A DNA stretch of 64,000 nt, from positions 3,136,001 through 3,200,000 of the forward strand of contig CBDCJH010000002.1 of assembly GCA_965217775.1 (NCBI GenBank). The letters run 5' to 3'. Both the position numbers and the translations under genes were made by a program. Shown here piece after piece: positions 19,836 to 28,479 of the stretch (within the stretch, counting starts at the first letter, position 1; every line of letters starts with the position of its first letter). The notes beneath the pieces were generated by a model that saw only the letters and a list, made by a program, of their open reading frames with translations, did not search any database and was not told the DNA's origin. Source of the stretch: Acidobacteriota bacterium (GTDB lineage Bacteria; Acidobacteriota; UBA6911; RPQK01; JAJDTT01).

Positions 19836-21299
19836 GTGACCGGGACGCACTGCAAGACTGCGTTCGTCGGAAGTTCCTTTTCAGGCGTTTTGTTGGCAGC
19901 CATCCTGGCGGCATCCGGCGGCGCCTGCTCGAGTTCGGATCGAAGTGAGATGTCAGAGTCCGATTCTACGGCAGAGGAAACCAGCCTCTCGCCGAAACGA
20001 AGCGACCCGGCCAGCATTCCTGCGGACGGCGGCAACGGCTCGAAACCGATCCGGATCGCCGCCATCGTGACCACCTTCTTCCCCAACAGCCATGCGGGGG
20101 TCATCGTCGACAAATTCCTGCGCGGGTTTCCCACCGACGAGGGCCTGATTCCACCCCGGTCCGTGATCGCCTCATTGTACATCGACCAGATTCACGAGCG
20201 GGATGTGGGCCGCCAGCTCGCCCGCGAGTTCGACATCCCGCTGTACGAGAGCATCCGGGCGGCGCTGACGCTGGGCGGGAACAAGTTGGCGGTGGATGCC
20301 GTGCTGCTGATCGGGGAGCACGGGGACTACCCGCGGTCGGAGTTGGGGCAGGAGATGTTGCCGCGCCGCTATTTCTTCGAACAGATTGCCGGTGTCATCG
20401 GCGAGGCGCGACGGCCCATCCCGGTTTACAACGACAAGCACTTCTCCTATCGCTGGGAAGATGCGGCCTGGATGTACGAGACCGCCAGGACGAAGACCAT
20501 CCCGCTCTGGGCCGGTTCGGCTCTCCCTGTCGTCTGGCGCAGTCCCAACTGGGAACATCTCCTGGATCAGCCCGTGGACCGGGCGCTCGTCATCGGTTTC
20601 CACATGGTGGAGCGGTACGGCTTTCACGCCCTGGAGGTCCTGCAGTCCAACGTCGAACGGCGGCGAGGCGGCGAAACCGGAGTTCGCTCCGTGCAATGCC
20701 TGTCGGGAGACGAAGTGTGGCGGGCCGGCGAAGAGGGCCGATGGTCAATCCCGCTGGCCAATGCAGCATTGAGCCGGATCGAGGATGGACCCGGCGAGCT
20801 GGACCGGAAACAGGTCCACGAGCCCCATGTCTTCCTGGTGGAATACGTCGACGGTCTGGAAGCCGCGGTCCTGATGTTGGGAGACGGTTACGTCCGTAAG
20901 TTCGCCTACGCTCAGCAACGCGGAGCGTCCACCGATGCCCTCGAATACCACATCGCCGGCGGCCCAGCCCGAGCGGCGTTCGGTTACCTCGGCCTCAACA
21001 TCGAGGACTTCTTCGTCTCGGCCTTGGCCCCAAATCCCGTCGAACGAACCCTTCTGACCACCGGCATCCTCGAGGCGGCCATGATCTCTCGAAGCCGGGG
21101 CGGGAAGAGGGTGCAAACCCCCCACTTGTCGTCGATCCGGTACCGGCCGGGAAAAGGAGCGAGGAGGCCGTCGGGTACGCGGCCGAAGGGAGCGAGCGTC
21201 GGCGACTGGATCGTCCACGAGCCCGGCGCCACGCCCGGAGCCCGACCGATTCCCATCACGCGCGACGGCACCGTCAGACGACCCCGACCTTCGAATTGA
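19836..21299 (+). CDS. Conserved hypothetical lipoprotein, oxidoreductase (Gfo/Idh/MocA)-like
   Basis: Lipobox-like GGAC; SHA, DAVLLIGEHGDYP, NDKH, AGS, YGFHALEVLQ motifs. Confidence 0.65.
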   Translation: MTGTHCKTAFVGSSFSGVLLAAILAASGGACSSSDRSEMSESDSTAEETSLSPKRSDPASIPADGGNGSKPIRIAAIVTTFFPNSHAGVIVDKFLRGFPTDEGLIPPRSVIASLYIDQIHERDVGRQLAREFDIPLYESIRAALTLGGNKLAVDAVLLIGEHGDYPRSELGQEMLPRRYFFEQIAGVIGEARRPIPVYNDKHFSYRWEDAAWMYETARTKTIPLWAGSALPVVWRSPNWEHLLDQPVDRALVIGFHMVERYGFHALEVLQSNVERRRGGETGVRSVQCLSGDEVWRAGEEGRWSIPLANAALSRIEDGPGELDRKQVHEPHVFLVEYVDGLEAAVLMLGDGYVRKFAYAQQRGASTDALEYHIAGGPARAAFGYLGLNIEDFFVSALAPNPVERTLLTTGILEAAMISRSRGGKRVQTPHLSSIRYRPGKGARRPSGTRPKGASVGDWIVHEPGATPGARPIPITRDGTVRRPRPSN

Positions 21300-21300
21300 C

Positions 21301-21371
21301 GGAGAGGGGGACTCTTAGTCCCCCTCTTCATCGCCGCTCCGGAATCGGGGGTTACAAACCCCCGCCCCCAC
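21301..21371. repeat. REP/REPIN-like double palindrome (family 2)
   Basis: ggggac-tctta-gtcccc and gggggt-tacaa-acccccg; second arm matches the arm at 58661-58692. Confidence 0.65.
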
Positions 21372-21387
21372 GCGAAGGGCATGTTAA

Positions 21388-23420
21388 ACGGAACTTCACT
21401 TCCGAAATCCGTCTAATCGTTTGTATGTCAGGAAGATAGACGAAATCAACCTGCCCAATTACTGGCAACAAATCGGGTCGGATTGACGTCGAGCAGCTCG
21501 AAAACCTTCGCCTGCAGCGGCGTCGGCTTGGCGAACATCGGAAACGGATGCTCCGGAGCGTCCGGCAGGGTCACCTGGTTCAGGGTGAGCGTGCCGAGAT
21601 CCGCCAGCAGCGTCCGGAGGCTATGCACGGGGAGCCCCTCAGCCGTTTGCTTGCGCGCGGCCTTAGCTTTCGTGCGCGCGGACACCTTTGCCTTTTCCAC
21701 CGGTGAGGTCCGCAACGCTCGCGCCCCGGGACGATCCTCCTCCTCGAACAGCAGCGGCGCCAGACGCCGCCTCAGGTGCCATTGCAGGTAGTACGCCAGC
21801 AGGCACAGAAAGACGTGCCCGCGCACATGGTCCTCGCTGTAGACGAAGACCGGGCGCAGGGCCAGCTGCGCCGTCTTGAGCGAGCGAAACGCCCATTCGA
21901 CCTGGGAGAGGCTTTTGTACGCCTCCACCGCCTCCGCAGCCCCGATGTCGGAGGCCTCCAAGCTGGTGCGAATGATGTAGATGCCGTCCAGTTGCGCTTC
22001 CGCGTCGATCTTCTCCTGCCGCCTCGACCAGCGGATGTCCTCGTCGGTGACTTCAATCAGGAAGTGTTTGTCCACCTTCTTGCGGCTGACGTCCCGGCCC
22101 ACCCGGCGGTTGATGGCCTCCTGGCCGCGTAGCCGAGCGTGGGGGGAGCGCACGGCGCTGGCGATGGTCTCCAGGATCTTCTCGGTCGCGCACAGCAGGT
22201 CCTCGCGCTTGCGGGCCCGCTCCTGCCGCAAGCGGGGATTGAGGCAGACCAGCAGCCGTTCGCCGGGAAAATCCGGGCTCAGAATCTCCGCGACCCCGTC
22301 CGGAACCAACTCGCCCGGCTGCAACGGCGCCGGTTCCTCGCCCTTCCCGCCCGATTTTGGGGGCCGCATCAGCTTGCGGATGGCGCCCGTTCTCAAGGCC
22401 GAGATCCAGGCCAGACCGGCCGGTGAAAGGTCCTCGCGCAGCCGCGCCGTGGTGAGCATGCCGCGGTCCCCGACCAAGGCGATGGATTCGATGCCGAAGC
22501 GCCCCTGGATCTTCTTGACCTGCGCCGCCACCGTGCTCGGATCCCCGGTGTTGCCCGGGAACACCTCCACGGACAGCGGGCAACCGTCCCCGGCGCAGAG
22601 CAGGCCGAAGACGATCTGCTTCTTACCTTTCTTGCCGTCGCGGTTGTGGCCGAATGCGGCCAGGGAACAGCAGCGCCCCTCGAGATAGCTGGAGGAGACG
22701 TCATAAAGCAAAAGTGTCCGGCCCTCCAGGTGGCGCCGCGCCAAGCTCTTCTCGATCCAGACTTGGCGGCTCAGCAACCAGTCGAGCATCTGAAGCATCT
22801 CGTTGCCGCGGACCGGACCGAGGCCGAGGACGGGGCCGAGGCTGCTGGTGGCGGTCTCCGGAGACAGGCCCCGGGCGGTGGCGAGCTTGGAGGCGGGTTG
22901 GAGCACCCGGGCGACGAGGGCGGCGAGGGCAAGGTCGCGGTTGCGGCTGCGTTTGCGGTGCAGGAGGCGTTCGAGACCGAGTTGGCGGCCAAGACCGAGG
23001 AGGGCGGCGACATGACCATGGGGAAGGGCGCGGCGGATGGCGAGGTCATCGTCGAGGGGGCGATAGACTTGGCCCCCCTTGAGCAGGGCGCGGATGCCGT
23101 CGACGATCTCCGGGGGGAGCTTGGAGAGGTTGGCGAGGGTGGTGCGGCGGATGCGCTTGCCCTCGCGTTTGGCGTGGCGGAAGAGGATGGCGGGTGGGCT
23201 GTTGCGGTTGGGGATGACATCGACGTGGTAGGACATGGTGGAGAGGCCTCTTACATGGAAACAATATCAATCACTTATACTCCTATTATACAAGGAAAGA
23301 CTGACATAATATTCGAGTCCGTACATGGAAACAAATATCCAGTTGTAGGCTCGGGCTAAGGAACCGTAAACTGTGCTATTTCAATGATTTACTATGGCTT
23401 GAGGGGCAGTGAAGTTCCGG
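21388..23420 (-). mobile_element. IS1634-family insertion sequence, flanked by TTAA
   Basis: Inverted ends acggaacttcact / agtgaagttccgg; TTAA at 21384-21387 and 23421-23424. Confidence 0.82.
21446..23236 (-). CDS. IS1634-family DDE transposase
   Basis: LYDVSSSYLEG, FGHNRDGK, VGDRGM, YKSLSQVEWAFRSLK...LRPVF..SEDHVRGHVFLCLLAY. Confidence 0.93.
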   Translation of the reverse strand: MSYHVDVIPNRNSPPAILFRHAKREGKRIRRTTLANLSKLPPEIVDGIRALLKGGQVYRPLDDDLAIRRALPHGHVAALLGLGRQLGLERLLHRKRSRNRDLALAALVARVLQPASKLATARGLSPETATSSLGPVLGLGPVRGNEMLQMLDWLLSRQVWIEKSLARRHLEGRTLLLYDVSSSYLEGRCCSLAAFGHNRDGKKGKKQIVFGLLCAGDGCPLSVEVFPGNTGDPSTVAAQVKKIQGRFGIESIALVGDRGMLTTARLREDLSPAGLAWISALRTGAIRKLMRPPKSGGKGEEPAPLQPGELVPDGVAEILSPDFPGERLLVCLNPRLRQERARKREDLLCATEKILETIASAVRSPHARLRGQEAINRRVGRDVSRKKVDKHFLIEVTDEDIRWSRRQEKIDAEAQLDGIYIIRTSLEASDIGAAEAVEAYKSLSQVEWAFRSLKTAQLALRPVFVYSEDHVRGHVFLCLLAYYLQWHLRRRLAPLLFEEEDRPGARALRTSPVEKAKVSARTKAKAARKQTAEGLPVHSLRTLLADLGTLTLNQVTLPDAPEHPFPMFAKPTPLQAKVFELLDVNPTRFVASNWAG

Positions 23421-23424
23421 TTAA

Positions 23425-23567
23425 ACGGCAGCCGGACGGAATTGCGGCGGCCGGCGCACGTGGATAGCCTGCTCGAAAGCGTACGCCAGTCGGATGAGAT
23501 TTCCTTCGCGCTAGGCACGCTCGAAGAAGGAGACCCCCACCGGAAGACTGTGGACGAAGCCCGCCGG
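23425..23567 (-). pseudogene. Decayed duplicate of the amidase 3' end (partner 24339-24481)
   Basis: Gap-free alignment at offset 914, roughly 85% identical; PAGFVHSLPVGVSFFERA*REGNLIRLAYAFEQAIHVRRPPQFRPAAV with TGG>TAG. Confidence 0.9.
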
Positions 23568-23580
23568 CAAGATGATGCCC

Positions 23581-23603
23581 GAGACATACACTGTCCCCTT
23601 CTT
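23581..23603 (-). repeat. Variant of the GAGAAGGGGACAGTCACCTTCTC motif
   Basis: Minus strand AAGAAGGGGACAGTGTATGTCTC; 13 bp core AGAAGGGGACAGT identical to the copies at 46543/47833/48833. Confidence 0.65.
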
Positions 23604-23760
23604 GGTTCCTTCTGGGGACCCTCCCTGACATTCCGGCGGGCAAAGAGGGGCTGCCATCCGGCGGCCTCATTTTGTTGAGTCTGCTTCAGTTGGCGAACGG
23701 AGAAATCGGCTGAAGCCCCTTCTTACCATCGTTGTCACGTTTCTGCTCCTGGCAGTCTCC

Positions 23761-24057
23761 TCATCCTGCCAAACTGAGGTCGATCGCTACGAAATCCAAA
23801 AGGACCCTATCGGGCAACCCATCTTCCTGGTCGACACACGGACCGGCGACACCTGGGCTTACGTTGACGTTCTGCTGATAAGCGAAACCCTTATCGACCG
23901 TGACGAGGGCATCGAATCCATGCTCCGCCGGGAGGCGCAGCAACTCCCCGTTCGCGCAACCCGCCCAACCCATCTGCTGCACCGTGCGTGTTTCAATCGA
24001 ACCGGGAAACGACAAGGCAAGCCGCCGTGGGGTGGATTCGTCAAGCAGCACCTTCAT
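23761..24057 (-). CDS. DUF5615 PIN-like toxin, probably C-terminally truncated
   Basis: MKVLLDES, GWAG..NGELL, LVTVDKGF.YQQN; the sequence after YQQN is the antisense of an unrelated fragment. Confidence 0.75.
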   Translation of the reverse strand: MKVLLDESTPRRLALSFPGSIETRTVQQMGWAGCANGELLRLPAEHGFDALVTVDKGFAYQQNVNVSPGVAGPCVDQEDGLPDRVLLDFVAIDLSLAG

Positions 24058-24061
24058 TGGC

Positions 24062-24265
24062 TTAACTCACCAGTATCATCGTTGCACGTTCGAGCAGTTC
24101 GACGGCCTGCTTCCTCGATACCGTGGGGTAGTCATCCAGGAACTCGTCGAGTCGGTCGCTCGCTTCGAGATGCTCCATCAGTATCCGCACCGGAACCCTC
24201 GTACCCGAGAACACGGGAGTCCCGCCCAGGATGTCCGGGTTCCTGTCGATGAGCTTGTCGGTCAT
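24062..24265 (-). CDS. DUF433 antitoxin
   Basis: IDRNPDILGGTPVFSGTRVPV...FLDDYPTV. Confidence 0.92.
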   Translation of the reverse strand: MTDKLIDRNPDILGGTPVFSGTRVPVRILMEHLEASDRLDEFLDDYPTVSRKQAVELLERATMILVS

Positions 24266-24313
24266 GGTTGTCTCCGCCCGTGCATGTCGGTGTCTTGAGT
24301 CAGCGATTTTACC

Positions 24314-25987
24314 CTACCCTTTCGCGCACTGGATCGTCACCGCAGCCGGACGAAATCGGGGGGGCCGGCGCACGCGGGTGGCCTGCTCGAAGGCGTACGC
24401 CAGCCGGATGAGCTTCCCTTCGCTCCAGGCACGCCCGAAGAAGGAGATTCCCACCGGAAGGCCGTGGACGAATCCCGCTGGAACGGTGACGATGGGGTAA
24501 CCCGCCACCGCTGCGCCGCCGGAACTGCCGCCACCGTAACTGTCGCCGTTCACGAGATCCGTGACCCAGGCGGGACCGCCGGTGGGCGCCAGCAGAGCGT
24601 CCAACCGGTGCTCGTCCATCACCCGGTCGATTCCCTCTGTTCGGCTCAAGCGATGGTTCAGGGCCAGGGCATCCCGGTATCTCTTCTCGATCAACGGACC
24701 CTTCGCCTGGGCCTGAATGAAGCGCTCCTGGCCGAAGTAGAGCATCTCTCGATCCGCATTCTCTTCGTTGAATCGGATGAGATCTTTCAGCGACTTGACC
24801 CGTGGCAACCCGCCCAGCCGGGACAGATATGCGTTCAGCCCGGCCTTGAACTCGTAGAGCATGACCTCCAGTTCCGACTCACTCCACTCCCCCCAGGTGG
24901 GAACGTCCACGGGATCGACGACCACCGCTCCCAGGCTCCGCATGGCCCCGACCGCCTCTTCGACGATGCCGTCCGCGGCCGGATGAAAGCCCAGAAGCCG
25001 GCGGACCAGTCCGATTCGGGCTCCGCGGAGCCCGGACCGGTCCAGAAACCGGCTGTAGTCGGTGTGCGACCGCCCCTGGCTCGCCGCCGTGCGGGAATCG
25101 TCGGGATCGACCCCGGTCAGAGCTCCCAGGACGGCCACGGCGTCCGCCACCGTCCGGGCCATGGGTCCTGCCGTATCCTGACTGTGGGAAATGGGAATGA
25201 TCCCGGTCCGGCTGACCAGTCCCACGGTCGGCTTGATGCCCACGATCCCGTTGGCCGTCGAAGGACAGACAATGGAGCCGTCGGTCTCGGTTCCGATGGC
25301 GGCGGAACATAGATTGGCCGAGGCGGCCACCCCTGATCCGGAGCTGGACCCGCAGGGATTGCGATCCAGGGCGTAGGGATTCCGAGTGAGGCCGCCGCGG
25401 CCACTCCAGCCGCTGGTGGAGCGGGTTGAACGGAAGTTGGCCCACTCGCTGAGGTTGGTCTTCCCCAGCAGGACCGCCCCCGCTTCCCGCAGCTTTCGCG
25501 CCACGAAGGAGTCCCGTTCCGGAATCGAACCCTCAAGCGCCAACGAACCGGCAGTGGTCGTCATCCGGTCGGCCGTATCGATGTTGTCCTTGAGCAGTAT
25601 GGGGATGCCGTGCAGCGGTCCTCGCGCACCGGATTCCCGCCGCTCCCGATCCAGGGAATCGGCGCTGGAGAGAGCTTCGGGATTGACCTCGAGGATGGCA
25701 CGGAGCGCCGGACCCTGGCGATCGATCTCGTCGATGCGCCTCAGATATTTCTCGGCAATGGAGCGAGCCGTCTCCTGACCCGACTCCATCCTTCGCTGAA
25801 GCTCCAGGATGGAGATCTCGTCCAGCTCGAAGGGAAAGACGGCCGGCGGCGCCGCCTCGGTTCCGGGGGAATCCTCCGTCCCGCAGCCGGCGGATACCGT
25901 GGCGGCGGCTGTCCCCAGTGCCCCCGCGCCGATGAACTCCCGGCGACTCAGGTTCGATGAAGCGTCTGGGTCGGAGCCGCAGGACAT
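24314..25987 (-). CDS. Amidase signature family enzyme, Tat-exported
   Basis: SRREFI signal; GPLHGIPILLKDN, GKTNLSEW, GSSSGS, GTETDGSIVCP. Confidence 0.95.
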   Translation of the reverse strand: MSCGSDPDASSNLSRREFIGAGALGTAAATVSAGCGTEDSPGTEAAPPAVFPFELDEISILELQRRMESGQETARSIAEKYLRRIDEIDRQGPALRAILEVNPEALSSADSLDRERRESGARGPLHGIPILLKDNIDTADRMTTTAGSLALEGSIPERDSFVARKLREAGAVLLGKTNLSEWANFRSTRSTSGWSGRGGLTRNPYALDRNPCGSSSGSGVAASANLCSAAIGTETDGSIVCPSTANGIVGIKPTVGLVSRTGIIPISHSQDTAGPMARTVADAVAVLGALTGVDPDDSRTAASQGRSHTDYSRFLDRSGLRGARIGLVRRLLGFHPAADGIVEEAVGAMRSLGAVVVDPVDVPTWGEWSESELEVMLYEFKAGLNAYLSRLGGLPRVKSLKDLIRFNEENADREMLYFGQERFIQAQAKGPLIEKRYRDALALNHRLSRTEGIDRVMDEHRLDALLAPTGGPAWVTDLVNGDSYGGGSSGGAAVAGYPIVTVPAGFVHGLPVGISFFGRAWSEGKLIRLAYAFEQATRVRRPPRFRPAAVTIQCAKG

Positions 25988-26009
25988 CGGTTTCCTCCCG
26001 AATTTAGTT

Positions 26010-28172
26010 CTAGCCGAGGTGCAACACCTTCACTTCGCCGGGCGGCACTTGGACCTTGAAACGTCCGTCCTGCACCGGCACGGTGTGTTCAGCGATCAGA
26101 TCGTGGGCCCCCGAGAAGTTCCATTTGGGTGACAGGCCAATTTCGGCGACGCGGGGCTCCAAATTGAAGAGGAACATCAGCATGCCTTCCTCTCTGGCCT
26201 GGGCCAGTTGCACGATGATCCGGTCCCCCTCCGTACTGACAGGGGAATCGACGCCCAGGGACCGTACCAGCGGAACCAGCACCTCGTCCCGAACGGGACT
26301 CTCGAGTCCTTCCCAGAGCGACAGGGTGATCCAGGTGAAGCGCCGGCCGGATGTCTGCATCCCGACCACCTCTTCTCCATACCAAGCCACCGGGCGGGCC
26401 TGACCCGACAGTTGCAGTCCGATGAAGTTGCACTCCCGGCCGATGGGGAACTCGCCCCTCTCCAGCCGCAAGCGATTGGTCTCGTTGCGGATCTCCTTGG
26501 CCGTGATCCGGCTGTGATCCAGGGTCTTGACCCCCAGCAGCTCGGACAATCCCTCGGGCGGATCGAAACTGAAGCGGCCGTTTTCGGCGTTGGTTCCGAA
26601 CGGTCCGTCGGCCACCAGGCGGGGACCCTCTGCTGCCGTGACGGTGCGCCTGATCTTCTCCACCAGGTCTTCATCGAGGACGGCCGTCCGGGGGAGGTAG
26701 ACCAGCTTGTAGCCGTCCCAATCCATGCGGGGACTGACCACGTCCACCGGTATGTTGTGCTCCCACAGTGTTCGGTAGGTGCCCCTGAGGCTCTCCCGAT
26801 ATTCGGTTCCGGCCTTGCCCAACCGGTGCAGCAGGTCGCTCTTCTCGTGGTAGACGATGGCCATCTCGGCTCTGGGCACCCGGAGCGGAAGGTGGGGCCG
26901 CACCCGTTCCATCTGCCGGATCGTCTTTTCCGCGGCGGCCAGCCGCGGCAACCGGATTCCGCCCAGAGAGACCAGGTTCAGACCCGGCGCCTCGAAGCTC
27001 ATGTACTCGGGCCGGTACTGCCAGAACAGGGCGCCGGAGCCTCCCCGCGCCAGCGCCAGCCACATGTTGGCGCTGATCTCCTCGGGGGTCGTCTGCCGTT
27101 TGTGGTGCATGCCGCCCGGGTTCATCCCGGCGTAGATCTCCTCGTACCACCAGCGGCCGCCCGTTCCGACACTGCGCGACCAGTCGGTGGCGAAGCAGGT
27201 CTCGGCGAAGCGGTAGGGATCGTCACCGCTGAGAAAGTCGTTGCTGCGGGAGGAGAACCCCCAGGAATCGAACTCCCGGGCGCTCAGTTCGTCCCAGATT
27301 CGAGGGAAATGCGCCCCGTGACCGCGAACCTCGTGACGTTCGTCCAGGCTCCGGACCACCTCCACCTGCCACCGGACCTGGTCCCGGAGGTCCTCGTTCT
27401 GGAACTCCTGCCAAAGCATCATCTCCACGATGGCCGAATCGGACCGGGCCGGCTCCACGTCGGCCCAATCCCGATAGCGGCGGTGCAGTTTCCGGTTCAG
27501 TTGATCCAGGCTGAAACGCCGCTTCAGCCAATCGCGGTAGGCAGCGATGGAGTGCTCGCAATAACAGCCCTTGGGAAATCCGTAGTGGGCGGCCGCCGTC
27601 GCCACGCCGTCCCAGACGCTCCACATGATCAGGTTTGGCGCGTCCTTGTAGCGGTCCACCACCGCTCTCAGAATGGCGCCCCCGTACTCCCTCCACTTCG
27701 GGTGGTTGTAGCAGTGCCACTGCCGGCCCTGGGGAGCGGCGTTGCCGGACCGGGGAACCGCGACCTGTCCTTCGCTCGAAACCACACGCATATCGGGATG
27801 ACGGCGCCTCATCCACTCGGGCGCGGCGCCATGGGTGGCCAGCGTCATGTCGAACCAGACCAGGAGGTCGTGCTTGTGGGCCAGCTCGAAGAGCCGGTCG
27901 AAGTCGTCCAGCTCGTATTTTCCGGGCTGAGGCTCCATCCAGTTCCAGTAGGAGAAGGTCCGAACGATGCGCATGCCGGCTCGCCGGATGTCCGCGAAGT
28001 CCTGGTCCCAGAATTCTTGTGGAGGCATGGGAGCCCGGTAGTACTCGGTTCCGAGCAGGAATTCCTTGGACAAACCCGGGCGCTGTTCCCGAGCCGCCGG
28101 AACGGAAACGACGGGCCAGGTCCCAGCGGTCATGGCAGTACTTGAGAGGGCAAGAAACTTTCTGCGATTCAT
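26010..28172 (-). CDS. GH42 beta-galactosidase-like protein with trimerisation domain, Tat-exported
   Basis: NRRKFL; WNWMEPQPGKYELDDFDRLF; APEWM; LARGGSGALFWQYR; trimerisation-domain-like C-terminus. Confidence 0.8.
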   Translation of the reverse strand: MNRRKFLALSSTAMTAGTWPVVSVPAAREQRPGLSKEFLLGTEYYRAPMPPQEFWDQDFADIRRAGMRIVRTFSYWNWMEPQPGKYELDDFDRLFELAHKHDLLVWFDMTLATHGAAPEWMRRRHPDMRVVSSEGQVAVPRSGNAAPQGRQWHCYNHPKWREYGGAILRAVVDRYKDAPNLIMWSVWDGVATAAAHYGFPKGCYCEHSIAAYRDWLKRRFSLDQLNRKLHRRYRDWADVEPARSDSAIVEMMLWQEFQNEDLRDQVRWQVEVVRSLDERHEVRGHGAHFPRIWDELSAREFDSWGFSSRSNDFLSGDDPYRFAETCFATDWSRSVGTGGRWWYEEIYAGMNPGGMHHKRQTTPEEISANMWLALARGGSGALFWQYRPEYMSFEAPGLNLVSLGGIRLPRLAAAEKTIRQMERVRPHLPLRVPRAEMAIVYHEKSDLLHRLGKAGTEYRESLRGTYRTLWEHNIPVDVVSPRMDWDGYKLVYLPRTAVLDEDLVEKIRRTVTAAEGPRLVADGPFGTNAENGRFSFDPPEGLSELLGVKTLDHSRITAKEIRNETNRLRLERGEFPIGRECNFIGLQLSGQARPVAWYGEEVVGMQTSGRRFTWITLSLWEGLESPVRDEVLVPLVRSLGVDSPVSTEGDRIIVQLAQAREEGMLMFLFNLEPRVAEIGLSPKWNFSGAHDLIAEHTVPVQDGRFKVQVPPGEVKVLHLG

Positions 28173-28315
28173 GGGATAAGCTCCCTCAACGGCCGGCGGT
28201 CCGGCGGATTCATGGGAGGAACCAGTCTGCGATCCTACCCGGCTCGGCTGTCCTCGACGAGATTATTGTCCATTCTGCCTCCTGCCGTGCGCAAACCTGT
28301 CGGCTGAAGATGAAA

Positions 28316-28346
28316 GAGGGCGCCCACACACAAGGGTCGTCCCTAC
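28316..28346 (-). repeat. REP-like palindrome, GTAG foot (family 1)
   Basis: Minus strand GTAGGGACGACCCTTGTGTGTGGGCGCCCTC, similar to 18233-18259. Confidence 0.7.
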
Positions 28347-28408
28347 TTTTCTCACCAGCGCCCCACCGGCCGCGGGTCGACGAAATCCTGAGAGAAACAG
28401 GCGTGGTC

Positions 28409-28479
28409 CGGAAGCGGGGGTTTTCCTACCCCCGCAACGAGGAAAAGGAAGACGGGGGGACAGGAAAGTCCCCTCCTAC
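28409..28479. repeat. REP/REPIN-like double palindrome (family 2)
   Basis: gcgggggt..acccccgc and ggggac-aggaaa-gtcccc followed by CTAC (GTAG on minus), which overlaps the efflux permease stop codon. Confidence 0.65.
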
